From an uncultured Clostridia bacterium (GTDB taxonomy: Bacteria; UBA6262; WVXT01), in assembly GCA_964403285.1 (NCBI GenBank), contig CAYOFG010000005.1:9995-73994 (forward strand): 64,000 bases of DNA, in the 5' to 3' direction. A program made the position numbers and the translations under genes. The notes below the pieces were generated by a model, which saw only the letters and a list, made by a program, of their open reading frames with translations, was not told where the DNA came from and did no database searches. Positions within the stretch are counted from its first letter, which is position 1. Each line of letters opens with the position of its first letter. Positions 28,126 to 39,117 of the stretch are shown here, one piece after another.

Positions 28126-29867
28126 ATTGGAATAATCTTGCCCAGAGCCTCATCTATTTGACAGTGCTGCTTTTGTTGGTTAAACCGCTTGGGATCTATA
28201 TGGCGCGAATCTATGAAGGCAAGCCTACCGGTATAAACGTTTGGTTTTGGTGGTTAGAAAAATTTATTTACCGATTGACAGGCGTACATCCTGAGCAGGG
28301 AATGAATTGGAAAACCTATGCAATAGCGATGATGCTATTTAATGTATCAGGAATAGTGGTTGTCTATATCCTTCAGCGTGTTCAACCGTACCTACCTTTA
28401 AATCCTATGTCTATGCCGGCAGTTAATCCGGATCTGGCATTCAATACGGCAGTTAGCTTTACTACCAATACGAATTGGCAGAGTTACGGCGGAGAAACAA
28501 TTTTGAGTTATCTTACCCAGATGCTGGGATTGACCGTTCAAAACTTTGTTTCTGCGGCAACGGGGATGGCTATATTAGTGGCTGTAATCCGAGGGTTTGT
28601 CCAAAAGCAGGTTGAAACAATCGGTAATTTCTGGGTGGATTTAGTTAGGTCTACGCTCTACATACTAATGCCGCTTGCAATAATACTGTCTTTGGTTTTA
28701 GTATCGCAAGGGGTAGTTCAGACCTTTAAACCGAGCGTAAAAGTCGCTTTGCTTGAAGCTGCTAGAGATGCAAATGGAGAAACTGTTTCAGAACAGGTTA
28801 TTGCTTTGGGTCCGGCTGCTTCTCAAATAGCCATCAAGCAGCTAGGTACTAACGGAGGCGGTTTCTTTAATGTCAACTCCTCGCATCCATTCGAAAACCC
28901 GACACCTTTATCAAATTTTCTGGAGATGTTAGCCATACTTTTGATAGCTGCGGCATTGTGCTATACCTTTGGCCATATGGTTAGAGACAGGCGTCAAGGT
29001 TGGGCGATACTGGCGGCTATGTTGATAATCTTTATTCCATGTCTTTGGGGATGCATTCAAGTTGAACAAAAAGGCAATCCTTTGTTTGGTCGATTAGGCG
29101 TTGATCAAAATGCAAGTTCTCTGCAGCCCGGCGGTAATATGGAAGGTAAAGAAGCGCGTTTTGGCATCGTGAATTCAGCTATATGGGCAACAGCCACAAC
29201 CGCAGCTTCCAACGGTTCGGTAAACTCAATGCATGATTCCTATATGCCTCTTGGAGGGATGGTCCCGATGTGGCTTATGCAATTGGGAGAGGTAATTTTT
29301 GGCGGAGTTGGCTCAGGCCTTTATGGGATGATTGCGTTTATCATTATTGCGGTATTTATCTCAGGGCTTATGGTCGGTCGTACGCCCGAATATTTAGGTA
29401 AAAAAATTGAAGGCTATGAAATGAAAATGGCTTCTCTGATGATTTTGATTCCGCCTATTCTTGTTTTATTAGGTACGGCAGTTTCAGTTGTTTTACCGCA
29501 GGCAAAAGCAGCGATATTTAATCCAGGCCCCCACGGATTCAGCGAAGTGCTGTACGCATTTTCTTCTGCAGGAAACAATAATGGAAGCGCATTTGCAGGA
29601 TTATCCACGAATAACCTTTTCTATAACATTGCTCAAGGGTTAGCTATGTTTTTTGCGCGTTACTGGCTCGCAATACCCGCGCTTGCCATTGCAGGTTCCC
29701 TTTCTAAGAAAAAGATTGTTCCTGTAAGTCAGGGCACATTGCCTACGCATACCCCGCTTTTTATAATATTTTTGGTTATGGTTATTTTGATTGTCGGAGC
29801 ACTGACGTTTTTCCCGGCATTAGCTTTAGGCCCAATTGTTGAGCATTTAATTTTATCTGGAGTTTAA
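28122..29867 (+). CDS. kdpA: K+-transporting ATPase subunit A
   Basis: 581 aa. N-terminus [33 protein letters not shown] and the four selectivity-filter-like GG regions are characteristic of KdpA. Confidence 0.9.
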   Translation: MNWNNLAQSLIYLTVLLLLVKPLGIYMARIYEGKPTGINVWFWWLEKFIYRLTGVHPEQGMNWKTYAIAMMLFNVSGIVVVYILQRVQPYLPLNPMSMPAVNPDLAFNTAVSFTTNTNWQSYGGETILSYLTQMLGLTVQNFVSAATGMAILVAVIRGFVQKQVETIGNFWVDLVRSTLYILMPLAIILSLVLVSQGVVQTFKPSVKVALLEAARDANGETVSEQVIALGPAASQIAIKQLGTNGGGFFNVNSSHPFENPTPLSNFLEMLAILLIAAALCYTFGHMVRDRRQGWAILAAMLIIFIPCLWGCIQVEQKGNPLFGRLGVDQNASSLQPGGNMEGKEARFGIVNSAIWATATTAASNGSVNSMHDSYMPLGGMVPMWLMQLGEVIFGGVGSGLYGMIAFIIIAVFISGLMVGRTPEYLGKKIEGYEMKMASLMILIPPILVLLGTAVSVVLPQAKAAIFNPGPHGFSEVLYAFSSAGNNNGSAFAGLSTNNLFYNIAQGLAMFFARYWLAIPALAIAGSLSKKKIVPVSQGTLPTHTPLFIIFLVMVILIVGALTFFPALALGPIVEHLILSGV

Positions 29868-29868
29868 T

Positions 29869-31947
29869 ATGAGTAAATCTCACAAGCCCAAGTCATTGTT
29901 TGATCCGTCCATTGCCGGACCGGCTGTCATTGAAGCGATAAAGAAATTAGACCCTAGGCATCAGATTAAGAATCCGGTGATGTTTGTGGTTTTGGTGGGA
30001 AGCGTATTGACTACGGGTCTATATATTCAGGCGTTGATGAGAAAAGGAGAAGCTCCGGCTGGCTTTATTTTAGCTATTAACTTATGGCTGTGGTTTACGC
30101 TTATTTTCGCTAATTTTTCGGAAAGCCTTGCCGAAGGTCGTGGAAAAGCGCAGGCCGCAAGTTTAAGGAAAGCTAGGAAAGATACTCTTGCCAAAAAGCT
30201 TTCGAAGGCTGAGTATAGTTCTGATTACGAAAAGGTAACAGCTTCGATGCTTGGAAAAGGAGATATTGTTCTTGTTGAAGCTGGCGATACAATTCCTATG
30301 GATGGCGATGTTATAGAGGGCGTAGCCTCTGTTGATGAGAGCGCAATTACCGGAGAGAGTGCACCGGTCATACGTGAAAGCGGAGGAGACCGCAGCGCTG
30401 TTACCGGAGGCACAAGGGTTCTTTCCGATTGGCTTGTTGTGCGAATAAGCTCTAATCCAGGAGAAACGTTTTTAGATCATATGATAGCCATGGTTGAAGG
30501 GGCAAAAAGGCAAAAAACGCCTAATGAGATAGCTCTTAGTATCTTGCTTGCTGTTTTTACTTTAATATTTCTTTTAGCAACGGCAACTCTTCTTCCGTTT
30601 TCAATTTATAGTATAAATGTCGCAGGGCATGGCGAGCCTGTCTCGGTAACGGTTTTAGTAGCCCTGCTTGTTTGTCTAATTCCCACTACCATAGGAGGAT
30701 TATTGCCGGCTATAGGCATTGCCGGTATGGATAGAATGATTCAGGCTAATGTTATCGCTACCTCGGGTCGGGCTGTAGAAGCATCAGGAGATGTGGATGT
30801 CCTTCTCTTAGACAAAACAGGAACTATTACGCTTGGCAACAGGCAAGCTGTGGCTTTTATTCCTACTCAAGGTAAGAGCATTGGGTCTTTGGTAGATGCA
30901 GCGCAAATAGCTTCTTTGGCTGACGAGACTCCGGAGGGAAGAAGTATTGTTGTCTTGGCTAAGGAAAAATATGGAATCAGGGAACGCCATATTCAAGAAC
31001 TTAGCGCAAAGTTCATCCCCTTTACAGCACAGACGCGAATGAGCGGAGTGGATTTAGGAGACGGCAGGCAGATCAGAAAGGGAGCGGTCGATTCCGTGGA
31101 AAGCTATGTCAAAGACCTCGGCGGGTCATTCCCAGAAGATTTAAAGACAGCCATTACCTTTATTTCTAAAAGCGGGGGAACTCCACTGGTTGTAGCAGAG
31201 CAAAAAAATGTGCTCGGCGTCATCCATTTAAAAGATATTGTCAAGGGCGGCATAAAGGAACGTTTTGCTGAACTGCGGCGCATGGGAATTAAAACCGTAA
31301 TGATTACCGGAGATAATCCTTTGACTGCAGCAGCGATTGCTGCAGAAGCAGGTATGGATGATTTTTTGGCTCAGGCTACTCCTGAATCTAAGCTTAAATA
31401 TATCCGCAAAATGCAAGAGGGAGGCAGACTTGTTGCGATGACCGGCGATGGAACTAACGATGCGCCGGCTCTTGCGCAGGCAGATGTTGCCGTAGCCATG
31501 AATACGGGAACGCAGGCGGCAAAAGAAGCAGGGAATATGGTTGACCTTGATTCTAATCCCACAAAGCTTATTGAAATTGTTGAAATCGGAAAGCAGCTGC
31601 TAATGACTCGAGGTTCTTTAACCACCTTCAGTATCGCCAATGATGTATCAAAATATTTTGCGATTATTCCGGCAGCATTCGTAGGAACGTATCCGGCGCT
31701 TTCGGCGCTTAATATTATGCATCTTGCCACACCAGCAAGCGCTGTTTTGTCAGCAGTTATTTTTAATGCACTTATTATTATACTTCTGATCCCGTTGGCG
31801 TTACGCGGCATTCGATATAAACCAATGCCTGCAAGCCGCCTTTTACGGGATAACTTGTTTATCTATGGAATAGGCGGAATAATAGCTCCGTTTTTAGGCA
31901 TCAAGTTGATTGATATGATTTTGGTTGCGTTACATCTTGTTCGATAA
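29869..31947 (+). CDS. kdpB: K+-transporting ATPase subunit B (P-type ATPase)
   Basis: 692 aa. Contains [28 protein letters not shown] and TGDNPLTA. Confidence 0.9.
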   Translation: MSKSHKPKSLFDPSIAGPAVIEAIKKLDPRHQIKNPVMFVVLVGSVLTTGLYIQALMRKGEAPAGFILAINLWLWFTLIFANFSESLAEGRGKAQAASLRKARKDTLAKKLSKAEYSSDYEKVTASMLGKGDIVLVEAGDTIPMDGDVIEGVASVDESAITGESAPVIRESGGDRSAVTGGTRVLSDWLVVRISSNPGETFLDHMIAMVEGAKRQKTPNEIALSILLAVFTLIFLLATATLLPFSIYSINVAGHGEPVSVTVLVALLVCLIPTTIGGLLPAIGIAGMDRMIQANVIATSGRAVEASGDVDVLLLDKTGTITLGNRQAVAFIPTQGKSIGSLVDAAQIASLADETPEGRSIVVLAKEKYGIRERHIQELSAKFIPFTAQTRMSGVDLGDGRQIRKGAVDSVESYVKDLGGSFPEDLKTAITFISKSGGTPLVVAEQKNVLGVIHLKDIVKGGIKERFAELRRMGIKTVMITGDNPLTAAAIAAEAGMDDFLAQATPESKLKYIRKMQEGGRLVAMTGDGTNDAPALAQADVAVAMNTGTQAAKEAGNMVDLDSNPTKLIEIVEIGKQLLMTRGSLTTFSIANDVSKYFAIIPAAFVGTYPALSALNIMHLATPASAVLSAVIFNALIIILLIPLALRGIRYKPMPASRLLRDNLFIYGIGGIIAPFLGIKLIDMILVALHLVR

Positions 31948-31955
31948 GGAGAAAC

Positions 31956-32564
31956 ATGTTTCGGCAACAAATTAGGCCAACGATTTTATTGTTTATAGTT
32001 TTATCAATCATCTCCGGGATTATTTATCCGCTATTTGTGACTGGCATTGCACAGATGTTTTTCCATAATAAAGCTAACGGCAGCTTAATTTATAGAAATG
32101 GAAAACCAGTAGGGTCATTACTTATTGGTCAACCATTTGATGACCCCAGATACTTTTGGGGCCGTCTTTCAGCAACATCTCCCGTTGCTTTCAATGCAGC
32201 AGCTTCATCGGGGTCTAACTTAGGGCCTTCTAACCCCGCATTAATCAGCGCGGTAGAAGCGCGCATCAAAGAATTAAAAGCAGCCGATCCTGACAATAAA
32301 AATCCAATTCCAGTAGATTTAGTCACTTCTTCAGCAAGCGGTCTAGACCCGCATATTAGTTTAGCGGCGGTGTATTATCAAGTTTCTCGGGTTGCGCGTG
32401 TGCGCGGATTACCGCAAGATTTCGTGAGAAAAATTGTAAACCAATATTCTCGCGGCCGTCTCTTGGGGGTAATTGGAGAGCCGGTTGTAAACGTACTTGA
32501 AGTGAATTTAGCATTGGATGCCCGCCTCACCGGCAGGCAGACGCAAAATGCAAAATTGAGGTGA
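31956..32564 (+). CDS. kdpC: K+-transporting ATPase subunit C
   Basis: 202 aa with a single N-terminal TM and the conserved GLDPHIS-type region. It follows kdpB. Confidence 0.85.
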   Translation: MFRQQIRPTILLFIVLSIISGIIYPLFVTGIAQMFFHNKANGSLIYRNGKPVGSLLIGQPFDDPRYFWGRLSATSPVAFNAAASSGSNLGPSNPALISAVEARIKELKAADPDNKNPIPVDLVTSSASGLDPHISLAAVYYQVSRVARVRGLPQDFVRKIVNQYSRGRLLGVIGEPVVNVLEVNLALDARLTGRQTQNAKLR

Positions 32565-32567
32565 AAT

Positions 32568-34745
32568 ATGGAAAGGCCTGATCCAGATGAATTGTTAGCA
32601 AATATCAAGCGCGAGGAATCGCATAGGGGAAAACTTAAAATTTTCTTTGGCGCGGCCGCGGGAGTAGGTAAAACTTACTCAATGCTTGAGGCCGCAAGGC
32701 TCCAGAAGAAAGAAGGCGTTGACGTTGTTGCCGGATGGGTTGAGACGCATAAACGTGTTGAAACGGAAGTTCTCCTTGAAGGCTTGGAAATCCTTCCGGC
32801 AAAGATTATCCAGTATAAGAATGTTGGGTTGCGAGAATTTGATATTGATGCTGCATTAGTGAGAAAACCAGCTCTTATCTTAGTCGATGAGCTGGCCCAT
32901 ACCAATGCTCCCGGTTCGCGCCACCCAAAACGATGGCAGGATGTTGAGGAACTTCTTGATAAAGGAATAGATGTTTATACTACCCTTAATGTTCAGCACT
33001 GCGAAAGTGCTACTGATGTTGTGGCTCAGATTACAGGCATAACCGTCCGTGAGACTATACCCGACACCATTGTTGAGAAGGCTGATGAAATAGAACTTGT
33101 GGATTTGCCCACCGAGAACCTGCTAAAACGCCTCAAAGAAGGAAAAGTTTATCTTGGAGAAATGGCAGAGCGAGCGGCTCAACATTTCTTTCAACCGGGT
33201 AATTTAATCGCATTGCGACAGTTGGCGCTGCGTTATACGGCGCACAACGTGGATGAAAAACTAATGTCGTATAAACAGGCTCATGCTGTTTCAAAAGTAT
33301 GGGGCGCGCGGGATAGATTTCTGGTATGTATATCTGCTAGCCCAAATGCCATTCGCTTAATCAGGGCAGGTAAACGCATTGCGGCAGATTTAGGAGTAAA
33401 CTGGACTGTTGCATATGTAGAGACTGGCACGCAATTAAATGAGAAGGACAAGGCTAGGATATCCGAAATGATGCGCCTTGCGGAAAAACTAGGGGCACAG
33501 GTAGCTACACTGAGCGGCCAAGATGTGGCAGAGACGTTAATTTCGTATGCGCGTTCAAAGAATGTCAACAAAATAATTGTGGGTAAGCCGGCAAAACCAA
33601 AATGGAAGGAGCTTGTTTTTGGTTCTATTATCGATAAGTTAGCCCGTAAATGCCAAGAAATAGATTTGTATCTATTAAGCGGAGAGGCTCAAAGTGAACC
33701 CATTGAGGTTGCTCCTGTGGCCATGGTTCCTTTTTCTTGGAAAAACTTCTTTAAAGTTTTAAGCATAGTCATTCTTTGTACCTTAATAGACTGGGCAATG
33801 TTTCGTAATTTAGCCCTTGTTAATTTAATAATGGTTTATTTACTGGGAGTAACCTGGGTTGCCTTCAAATACGGCCGCCGGCTGTCAATGATAGCGTCCT
33901 TCTTGAGTGTTGTATTTTTTGATTTCTTTTTCGTACCTCCGTATTTGACATTTGCGGTAGCAGACGTTCAATATATTCTTACTTTCGCAGTTATGCTCAT
34001 TGTGGGTTTTGCTATATCCCATTTGACGGGTCAGCTTCGCCGCCAAACTATCATGATGCGTTTCCGGGATGACAGAACGCAGGTTCTTTATGCGCTAAGC
34101 CGTGACTTGTCAAAAAGTTCCTATCCCGATGAACTTTTTAAGATTACGTTAAAACATATTCAAGAATTTTTTAAATGTCGGGCCGTTATCCTTACTCCTG
34201 ATGCAAAGAAAAAACTTATGCCGCGTTTTGGCGAAGCAGAAGAATTAAGTCTTTTCCCCAACGAAATTGCTGTCGCGCAGTGGGCATATGAAAATAAGAA
34301 AGTCGCTGGAAAAGATACCGATACCTTGCCGGGTGCAAAGGGAATTTATTTTCCTTTTGTGGGCGCAGAAAAGACAGTGGGAGTAATTGGAGTTTTTCCT
34401 CATGAGGATAAACAGTTTGTTGATCCCGAACAGTTTCATATTTTAGAAATGTTTGTTAGCCAAGCTGCACTGGCTGTCGAAGGAGCACAGCTTGCAGCGG
34501 CAGCTCTTGACGCAGAAGCAAAGATTGAAAGTGAACGTCTCAAGAATTTACTTCTAACTACTTTTTCTTCCGGTTTACCTGAGCCTTTAACGTCTATCTC
34601 TCAAACCGCCTCGGAATTATTAAAACCGGAAAATATTAAAGACGATTCAAAACGTGCTGAATTGATAGAGAAAATGCGCCAAGAGACAGAGCGTTTGAAT
34701 TCCCTTATTACTGAGTTGCCAAAGATACTTGAATCAGAAGAGTAG
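32568..34745 (+). CDS. kdpD: KdpD-like sensor lacking the kinase catalytic domain and the phospho-acceptor His
   Basis: KdpD N-terminal domain (GAAAGVGKTYSM P-loop), USP-like region, 4-TM block, GAF, then a degenerate DHp (ERLKNLLLTTFSSGLPEPLTSIS, where the canonical form is ..SHDLRTPLT..). The protein ends after about 70 more residues with no HATPase. No kdpE is present. Confidence 0.75.
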   Translation: MERPDPDELLANIKREESHRGKLKIFFGAAAGVGKTYSMLEAARLQKKEGVDVVAGWVETHKRVETEVLLEGLEILPAKIIQYKNVGLREFDIDAALVRKPALILVDELAHTNAPGSRHPKRWQDVEELLDKGIDVYTTLNVQHCESATDVVAQITGITVRETIPDTIVEKADEIELVDLPTENLLKRLKEGKVYLGEMAERAAQHFFQPGNLIALRQLALRYTAHNVDEKLMSYKQAHAVSKVWGARDRFLVCISASPNAIRLIRAGKRIAADLGVNWTVAYVETGTQLNEKDKARISEMMRLAEKLGAQVATLSGQDVAETLISYARSKNVNKIIVGKPAKPKWKELVFGSIIDKLARKCQEIDLYLLSGEAQSEPIEVAPVAMVPFSWKNFFKVLSIVILCTLIDWAMFRNLALVNLIMVYLLGVTWVAFKYGRRLSMIASFLSVVFFDFFFVPPYLTFAVADVQYILTFAVMLIVGFAISHLTGQLRRQTIMMRFRDDRTQVLYALSRDLSKSSYPDELFKITLKHIQEFFKCRAVILTPDAKKKLMPRFGEAEELSLFPNEIAVAQWAYENKKVAGKDTDTLPGAKGIYFPFVGAEKTVGVIGVFPHEDKQFVDPEQFHILEMFVSQAALAVEGAQLAAAALDAEAKIESERLKNLLLTTFSSGLPEPLTSISQTASELLKPENIKDDSKRAELIEKMRQETERLNSLITELPKILESEE

Positions 34746-34948
34746 GACCTTCGAGCTTGGATCTTATATAACCAATAATTCTTTTGTTTCCTTTGACTAT
34801 TATCTGTGGTAAAATCATTTCCTGAAATCCTTCTGAATTTTTGTAGTTTTGTTGTGAAAAAGGACAAATTTTTGGCGCTACTAAAGATAAGGCCCTGTAT
34901 CGAAACCTGTCGATATCTGGCGCACCAGACAAAATTTTTACTAAACTT

Positions 34949-35533
34949 ATGGCAATTATGATATTTATTGAAAGAATAAGAGAATGTAAAAAATGTGACA
35001 TTAGATTTCATAAGCCTCTTGTGTTTGGAGATATTGAAAAGAACAAGTTCGTATTTTTGAGTGAGGAGCCCACGAAAGATGCAAGAGACAGGGATTTTTT
35101 TGAATATTATCTTGGCTCGCCAAATGGGAGATTTCATACTGAATGGATGCCCAAGATGGGAATTGACATTGCTTGGCTCAAAAATAATGCTTATATTACG
35201 CATGTATATAAATGTTGTTCGGAAATGAAAAAGTATCAACGTAATAAAATGTGCGCCCACTGCTTGGATTGGTTAGAAAAGGAAAAAGAATATTTTAAGA
35301 ATGGAAAAACTATCATTACTTTTGGAAGCTATGCTCTTGCAAATCTGCGTTCTACGCATCCTTATGCACAGCGTATAACAGAAATAATAAAAGAAAAAAA
35401 GCAGTTTTCAATTTGGGAAAGTGATGTGATTCCACTCCTTCATCCAGCCAGAACAAACAATCGTTATATAAATAAGTATAGAGAAGAAATCGATTACATC
35501 TTACATAAAATCAGAAGTCTTATCCATAATTAA
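34949..35533 (+). CDS. hypothetical protein, weakly uracil-DNA-glycosylase-superfamily-like
   Basis: 194 aa in an AT-rich segment. N-terminal CKKCD, ...VFLSEEPTKD, and LLHPARTNN are reminiscent of family-4/5 UDG motifs (GEAPG / HPSPLN) but divergent. Confidence 0.25.
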   Translation: MAIMIFIERIRECKKCDIRFHKPLVFGDIEKNKFVFLSEEPTKDARDRDFFEYYLGSPNGRFHTEWMPKMGIDIAWLKNNAYITHVYKCCSEMKKYQRNKMCAHCLDWLEKEKEYFKNGKTIITFGSYALANLRSTHPYAQRITEIIKEKKQFSIWESDVIPLLHPARTNNRYINKYREEIDYILHKIRSLIHN

Positions 35534-35726
35534 GTATGTGAGATTGATTTTGAAATCCCTTAATTTTTAAATTTGTTAATTTCCTTTGGTGCAAATTGAA
35601 ATTAAAAAAAGAGAAAGGAAGGTCTAACATCAGGATTCCTATTTTGCTTGATTTTTGCAAAAGCTTTAGATATAATAGATTTGGCATTCAGCATAAGGCA
35701 TAATAAGAAAATGCACGGCAGAATTT

Positions 35727-35804
35727 CGGCGGCGTAGCTCAGTTGGTCAGAGCAGGGGAATCATAATCCCTTTGTCGTAGGTTCGAATCCTACCGCCGCT
35801 ACCA
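35727..35804 (+). tRNA. tRNA with CAU anticodon (elongator Met or tRNA-Ile2/lysidine)
   Basis: GGCGGCGTAGCTCAGTTGGTCAGAGCAGGGGAATCATAATCCCTTTGTCGTAGGTTCGAATCCTACCGCCGCTACCA is a full cloverleaf with CAU in the anticodon loop and a paired 1:72 position, so it is not an initiator. Coordinates are +/-1 because of a local numbering ambiguity. Confidence 0.85.
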
Positions 35805-35818
35805 GAAATATTATAGTC

Positions 35819-37255
35819 TTGTCCAAAGAGTCCGCAATGGCGGGCTATTTTTATCGAAAAATGGTCTTCCCCAAGGTAAAAAAAATAATAGAAAAATATA
35901 GTATGTTTTCTCCTGGAGATAAAATCCTGGTGGGAGTTTCCGGAGGACCGGATTCAGTTTGCCTGTTGCATATCCTGGATAGATTCCGAAAAGAGATGGC
36001 TTTATCCTTGCACATCGCACACATCAACCATGGAATAAGAAAGAGGGAATCTAAAAGAGAAGAAGAATTTGTGAGTCACCTGGCTGGTAGGATGGGTCTA
36101 CCAATTACGGTGAAATCAATAAATGTTCCCTCTTATGCTAGAAAGAAAAAGCTAACGGTTGAGGAAGCAGCAAGGGATATGCGTTACAGGGTTTTGGAGC
36201 GATTAGCCGGGAAACTGAATGCTAAAAAGATTGCTCTGGGACATACTGCTTCCGATCAGGTGGAGACAGTGCTAATGCACCTTTTGCGTGGCAGCGGTCC
36301 GCAAGGGTTATCTGGAATTCCTCCTTTGAGAAAATTGGGTAGAGCGGAAATCGTCCGTCCTCTAATAGAAATAAGTAGGGAAGAAATTTTGGGCTATTTA
36401 AAAGAGAATAATCTGAAATTCTGCCTGGATTCGTCAAACAGAAAAACCGAATATTTTCGTAACAAGATAAGGTTAAAGCTTCTGCCTCTTTTGCGAAAGA
36501 ACTATAATAGGAACATTGAGGGAGCGCTCCTCCGTTTGTCAGAAATTTTGAAAGAAGAGAATGCCTATTGGGAGAGAGTGGTGGAGAGAGTTTTGAACGA
36601 GGTAGTCTCCTGGAAATCAGGGAAAATTTTGATTGATTTCAGGAGGTTTTTAAGATATAATGTAGTTGTTCAGAGAAGAGTTTTATACAGGCTTTTTGCG
36701 GGAATTGTAAGTCTATACCAGATAGAAGCAATAAGAAATTTAGCAGGGAAGAGTTCTCAGGGGAAAAGGATTTATCTGGTTAACAGGTTAAGTGTCAGGA
36801 AAGAGGGCGATTTTCTCATATTCTCATCTTCTCCTGAGCGAAAGTTAAAAAAATTCAATTATCCCATCAGAGTTCCTGGCAAAAACGAGATTGACGGACT
36901 GAACTTAACACTCAATACCAGAATAGTAGATTTTCGTCCTGTTTCTGATGGAAGTGCCAATATAGTCTATTTTGATATTGATAAGATAAACTCCCGGAAG
37001 TTAATAATAAGGAATAGACGGGAGGGAGACAGGTTTAAGCCTTTTGGGTTGAGAGGTACAAAGAAGCTTAGTGACTTCTTTATTGATAGAAAAATCCCCA
37101 GACGTTTACGGGACAGGGTTCCTCTTCTGGTAGATGGAAACGATATTCTCTGGGTTGTGGGGATTCGCCGGGCCGATAAAGCAAGGATTACTGAAGATAC
37201 CAGAAAGATTTTGGAAGTTCAGGTTTTACGTGAGAAAGAGTCTTTCAGTGATTAA
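35819..37255 (+). CDS. tilS: tRNA(Ile)-lysidine synthetase
   Basis: PP-loop SGGPDS at residues 41-46 and a TilS-like C-terminal domain. The ORF begins at a TTG; alternative ATG starts lie 18 and 42 nt downstream. Confidence 0.85.
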   Translation: MSKESAMAGYFYRKMVFPKVKKIIEKYSMFSPGDKILVGVSGGPDSVCLLHILDRFRKEMALSLHIAHINHGIRKRESKREEEFVSHLAGRMGLPITVKSINVPSYARKKKLTVEEAARDMRYRVLERLAGKLNAKKIALGHTASDQVETVLMHLLRGSGPQGLSGIPPLRKLGRAEIVRPLIEISREEILGYLKENNLKFCLDSSNRKTEYFRNKIRLKLLPLLRKNYNRNIEGALLRLSEILKEENAYWERVVERVLNEVVSWKSGKILIDFRRFLRYNVVVQRRVLYRLFAGIVSLYQIEAIRNLAGKSSQGKRIYLVNRLSVRKEGDFLIFSSSPERKLKKFNYPIRVPGKNEIDGLNLTLNTRIVDFRPVSDGSANIVYFDIDKINSRKLIIRNRREGDRFKPFGLRGTKKLSDFFIDRKIPRRLRDRVPLLVDGNDILWVVGIRRADKARITEDTRKILEVQVLREKESFSD

Positions 37256-37266
37256 AGAGGTGGAAT

Positions 37267-39117
37267 ATGAATAAATTTTTGAAAGGTTTGTCTCTCTGGC
37301 TAATCATTATTCTGGTGGCTATGCTTTTTGCCAGATTGATGAGGCCACAAGAATATAAGGAAATAGATTATAGTGAATTTAAAGGCTATCTGAAATCAGG
37401 TCAGGTAGTGGAAGCCTTAATCAGCGAGGGGCTGATTAAAGGAAGCTTCAAGAGCGAAACAGGAGAGCTGGTCAAATTTAAGACGGTGCCTGTGGAGGAC
37501 CCCAAGCTCGTGGAAGAACTGGAAGCCTATGGAGTTAAATACAAAGGTGAAGTTAGGAAAAACTGGTTCTCTGTCATTCTTTTCAATTTTGGGCCGATTC
37601 TTCTGTTTGTTTTTATCTGGTTTATGTTGATTCGTTCCATGCAGGCTGGTGGAAAGCAGGCTATGTCTTTTGGCAGAAGTCGGGCAAAACTTATGGACAA
37701 GAGTAAACAGAGAGCAACTTTTGCTGACGTTGCCGGAGTAGATGAGGCAAAAGAAGAGTTACAAGAGATAATTGCATTTTTGAAGGACCCAAAGAAGTTT
37801 CAGAAGCTGGGTGGAAAAATTCCCAAAGGAGTCCTGCTTTACGGAGCTCCGGGCTCAGGCAAGACGCTTTTAGCCAGGGCGGTGGCAGGGGAAGCAGGGG
37901 TACCTTTCTTCAGTTCTAGTGGCTCTGAGTTTGTGGAGATGTTTGTGGGAGTGGGAGCTTCAAGGGTGCGGGACCTATTCACTCAGGGAAGAAAAAACGC
38001 GCCTTGCCTCCTCTTCGTGGATGAGTTGGACGCTGTGGGCAGGCACAGGTTTTCCGGTATTGGAGGTGGACACGATGAGCGGGAGCAGACTCTCAATCAG
38101 CTTCTGGTGGAGATGGATGGATTCGATACCAGAGAGGGTGTAATTCTCATTGCCGCCACTAATAGACCGGATGTCCTCGATCCAGCGCTTCTCCGTCCGG
38201 GAAGATTTGACAGGCATATAATGGTACCCAATCCTGATTTGAAAGGACGCGAAGAGATACTAAAGGTGCATAGCCGCAACGTAAAATTGGCTCCCGGTGT
38301 CGATTTAAAAGTTATCGCCAGAAGGACTCCGGGATTTGTGGGTAGCGATATAGCTAATTTAGTCAATGAAGCTGCGCTTCTGGCAGCGCGTGAAGACAAG
38401 AAGGCAGTAGAAATGAAAGAGTTGGAAGAAGCAATCGACAGAGTTATTGCTGGCCCGCAGAGGAAGAGCAGGATGATTTCTGAAAGGGAGAAGAAGATTA
38501 TTGCCTATCATGAAGCCGGACATACTCTGGTGGCAAAACTGATTCCTGGCACAGACCCGATCCATAAGGTCTCCATTATTCCCCGGGGACCTGCTTTAGG
38601 ATACACCCTGCAGCTCCCTTTGGAAGATAAGTATTTGGCTACTAAAACTGAAATTACAGATAAGTTGACTGTTTTTTTGGGAGGCAGGGCGGCTGAAGAG
38701 TTGACTTTTAATGAATTGACTACGGGCGCGGAAAACGACCTCCACCAGGCAACTGAGGTTGCCCATAAGATGGTCTGTGAATACGGGATGAGCGATAGAC
38801 TCGGCCCATTGACTCTCAGGAAAAAAGAGACTGAGATATTTTTAGGTCGAGATTTCACTGCAGAGAAAGCCTATAGTGAGAAAACAGCAGAGATGATAGA
38901 TGAAGAAGTAAAGAAGATTATGGAAGATTGTAGAGATCGGGCGAAGGAGCTTTTGGGAAAGAACAGGGCTAAACTGGATAGATTGGCTAAAGCACTGATG
39001 GAAAAAGAAATACTTGTGGGAGAAGAGGTAGAAGAGATATTGAAACATGTGGAAGAAGTTTTCCCCCCGGGGAAAAAGAGTAGAACCCAGGGTAGAACGA
39101 AAAAGAGTAGGGAGTGA
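37267..39117 (+). CDS. ftsH: ATP-dependent zinc metalloprotease FtsH
   Basis: Two N-terminal TM segments, Walker A GAPGSGKT, Walker [12 protein letters not shown] region, and zinc-binding HEAGH. Confidence 0.9.
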   Translation: MNKFLKGLSLWLIIILVAMLFARLMRPQEYKEIDYSEFKGYLKSGQVVEALISEGLIKGSFKSETGELVKFKTVPVEDPKLVEELEAYGVKYKGEVRKNWFSVILFNFGPILLFVFIWFMLIRSMQAGGKQAMSFGRSRAKLMDKSKQRATFADVAGVDEAKEELQEIIAFLKDPKKFQKLGGKIPKGVLLYGAPGSGKTLLARAVAGEAGVPFFSSSGSEFVEMFVGVGASRVRDLFTQGRKNAPCLLFVDELDAVGRHRFSGIGGGHDEREQTLNQLLVEMDGFDTREGVILIAATNRPDVLDPALLRPGRFDRHIMVPNPDLKGREEILKVHSRNVKLAPGVDLKVIARRTPGFVGSDIANLVNEAALLAAREDKKAVEMKELEEAIDRVIAGPQRKSRMISEREKKIIAYHEAGHTLVAKLIPGTDPIHKVSIIPRGPALGYTLQLPLEDKYLATKTEITDKLTVFLGGRAAEELTFNELTTGAENDLHQATEVAHKMVCEYGMSDRLGPLTLRKKETEIFLGRDFTAEKAYSEKTAEMIDEEVKKIMEDCRDRAKELLGKNRAKLDRLAKALMEKEILVGEEVEEILKHVEEVFPPGKKSRTQGRTKKSRE

